Virus record (IMG/VR): IMGVR_UViG_3300028797_000120 | Span: 1 to 64,000 of that record | Length of the DNA stretch: 64,000 bases | Source: an uncultured virus (IMG/VR IMGVR_UViG_3300028797_000120) | Lineage: Duplodnaviria; Heunggongvirae; Uroviricota; Caudoviricetes | Reading direction: 5' to 3' (one strand) | Shown here: positions 62,678-64,000 of the stretch, piece after piece | How positions within the stretch are numbered: the first letter of the stretch is position 1 | How the letters are laid out: every line of letters starts with the position of its first letter | Made by a program: the position numbers and the translations under genes | Notes under the pieces: model-generated | Database searches by the model: none | The model's input: the letters and a program-made list of their open reading frames with translations, nothing else | What the model was told of the DNA's origin: nothing

Positions 62678-62955
62678 TTCTGGCTGTCCTCCAACCTCTC
62701 GAACTCTTCGGACTCCTCGACCTCATAGGTGACGTGAAAATTGGTCGCTAGTCCGTACCAGTCATACCCTCCTTTGAACCTATCGACTTCCCGTATCTCT
62801 TCGTCGACGATTCGTTCCGCATCGTATGGACTTCTAGCCTCTACGAAGAGATAGTGAGAGAGCGTGATCGCAGCCCTGACTTTGTATATCTGGACTTCTT
62901 TGCCTTCGTCGTCCTTATGCGAGAAGACGTGAACGGTCCTCTTCTTATGCTTCAT
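62674..62955 (-). CDS. DpnD/PcfM-like small protein
   Basis: YKVRAAITLSHYLFVEARSPYDAERIV pattern. Confidence 0.45.
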   Translation of the reverse strand: MKHKKRTVHVFSHKDDEGKEVQIYKVRAAITLSHYLFVEARSPYDAERIVDEEIREVDRFKGGYDWYGLATNFHVTYEVEESEEFERLEDSQK

Positions 62956-62996
62956 GAGACATCCTTTCCTCCGATGTATGAACAGACATGTAAAGG

Positions 62997-63431
62997 CTAA
63001 TCATCCGCTTGGTGTTGCGCTTTACCGCCATCATTCGGAAACAGACTGAAGATGTAATCCATCGTCTCTCTGTCGGCCAGCTTCACATCTCCAGGATTCC
63101 CGTCTCTGATAACGTCATGCCTAAGAACCGCAAACCTCCCGGTAGGGAACACCTTGTTCCCTTCCGCGTCACGGATTGCGAACCTATCCTGGTTCCCGTA
63201 TCTGGATCCGTCTTCGTTCACCTCAACGATAAGGACGCCTTTCTTGAACTTCTCTTTGCACTCATCGCACGCGTCTAGACCCCCTGTAATTTCGTGGGGC
63301 GCCTCCAGGTCGCCCTTAATCCTTCCCATAAGCGCCACTCCCATGGGTTTCCCGCACCAGAAGCACTTAAGAACTGATGGGTTGACTCCATACTTTTTAG
63401 ACAACTTTATGCTCCTACCTTTTCTTCCCAT
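62997..63431 (-). CDS. Zinc-finger hypothetical protein
   Basis: KYGVNPSVLKCFWCG...ACDECK; start may be at MGRKG (63412). Confidence 0.6.
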   Translation of the reverse strand: MGRKGRSIKLSKKYGVNPSVLKCFWCGKPMGVALMGRIKGDLEAPHEITGGLDACDECKEKFKKGVLIVEVNEDGSRYGNQDRFAIRDAEGNKVFPTGRFAVLRHDVIRDGNPGDVKLADRETMDYIFSLFPNDGGKAQHQADD

Positions 63432-63660
63432 TCGTTACCCCTTTCTTCACTTTCTTATCCGAAATCCCTTTCCCGGACGCCCTCGCCCGGCACTCCATCC
63501 AAAAGGCGATCGCCTTCCTCGACGCCTTAACGCAGTACAGGAGATGGTCTATCTTGAGCAAGTTCCTTTTGATACACCTTCGCTCCCTTGCTATGAATGA
63601 GTCTATCTCCTTCACGTAGAAATCTCCGACTACGTCGTCACCATTCTTCGCCATACGCAT
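63415..63660 (-). CDS. Hypothetical protein
   Basis: 81-aa ORF. Confidence 0.45.
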   Translation of the reverse strand: MRMAKNGDDVVGDFYVKEIDSFIARERRCIKRNLLKIDHLLYCVKASRKAIAFWMECRARASGKGISDKKVKKGVTNGKKR

Positions 63661-63681
63661 CCTCTTCTCCCATGTCCATCC

Positions 63682-63945
63682 CTATACCATGTATACGCTG
63701 ACGACAGGGATGTCGCAGTCCGGACTGTCCGGATCATCCTCGATCTTAACGTCGAACTCATCAAACTCCTTGTTCAGGAGATCCCTAATCTCTGAAATGG
63801 ACTCCTCGTCACCGCCGATGTAGTCTGCGTTCCAGATCCTGTGCCACTTGCCGTCCTTCTCGACGATCTTGAACCATATCTCGTCGTAGGCGATATCCAT
63901 CAATTCATGCAGAACCATATGACATCCCTTTTCATACTCACCCAA
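63682..63945 (-). CDS. Hypothetical protein
   Basis: 87-aa acidic ORF; start uncertain. Confidence 0.5.
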   Translation of the reverse strand: MGEYEKGCHMVLHELMDIAYDEIWFKIVEKDGKWHRIWNADYIGGDEESISEIRDLLNKEFDEFDVKIEDDPDSPDCDIPVVSVYMV

Positions 63946-64000
63946 GATGTAGGACGACCTTGTCAGTCCCGTAGTCGAAAGTGACCTGCCTCGCTCCCTG

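Noticed and set aside
1..64000. Stop-codon reassignment
   Set aside because: TAG, TGA and TAA all end genes at sensible junctions and coding density is high under the standard code

Overview
A 64-kb segment of a large, GC-rich tailed-phage (probably jumbo-phage) genome. Every credible gene is on the minus strand. Left arm (1 to ~43 kb, late/virion region): head morphogenesis cluster (adaptor-like protein, major capsid protein, decoration protein, scaffold-like protein, prohead protease), many Gly/Ala-rich hydrophobic putative internal virion proteins, a giant polyprotein RNA polymerase, a 119-nt CCA-ended tRNA-like RNA, a glycosyltransferase/methyltransferase cluster, large terminase, a permuted-papain enzyme and a lipoprotein metacaspase. 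Right arm (~43-64 kb, behind a strong terminator): densely packed small early-type genes with tandem paralogues and repeat proteins. The most striking system is the RNA polymerase locus. A 2423-aa ORF fuses pyrophosphatase-like, LysM and tail-lysozyme modules to a beta/beta'-fused two-barrel RNAP with a contiguous LAGLIDADG intein. It breaks immediately after the catalytic NADFDGD into an apparently split, Gln1-initiated, His-less intein. The C-half of that intein, with the next 88 RNAP residues, is a separate ORF with its own RBS and an embedded sigma70-like promoter. A recurrent K-x-A(/S) motif punctuates the virion proteins and the polyprotein domain borders, suggesting a protease-processed capsid cargo system. 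All family assignments come from motif recognition by eye. No database searches were run.
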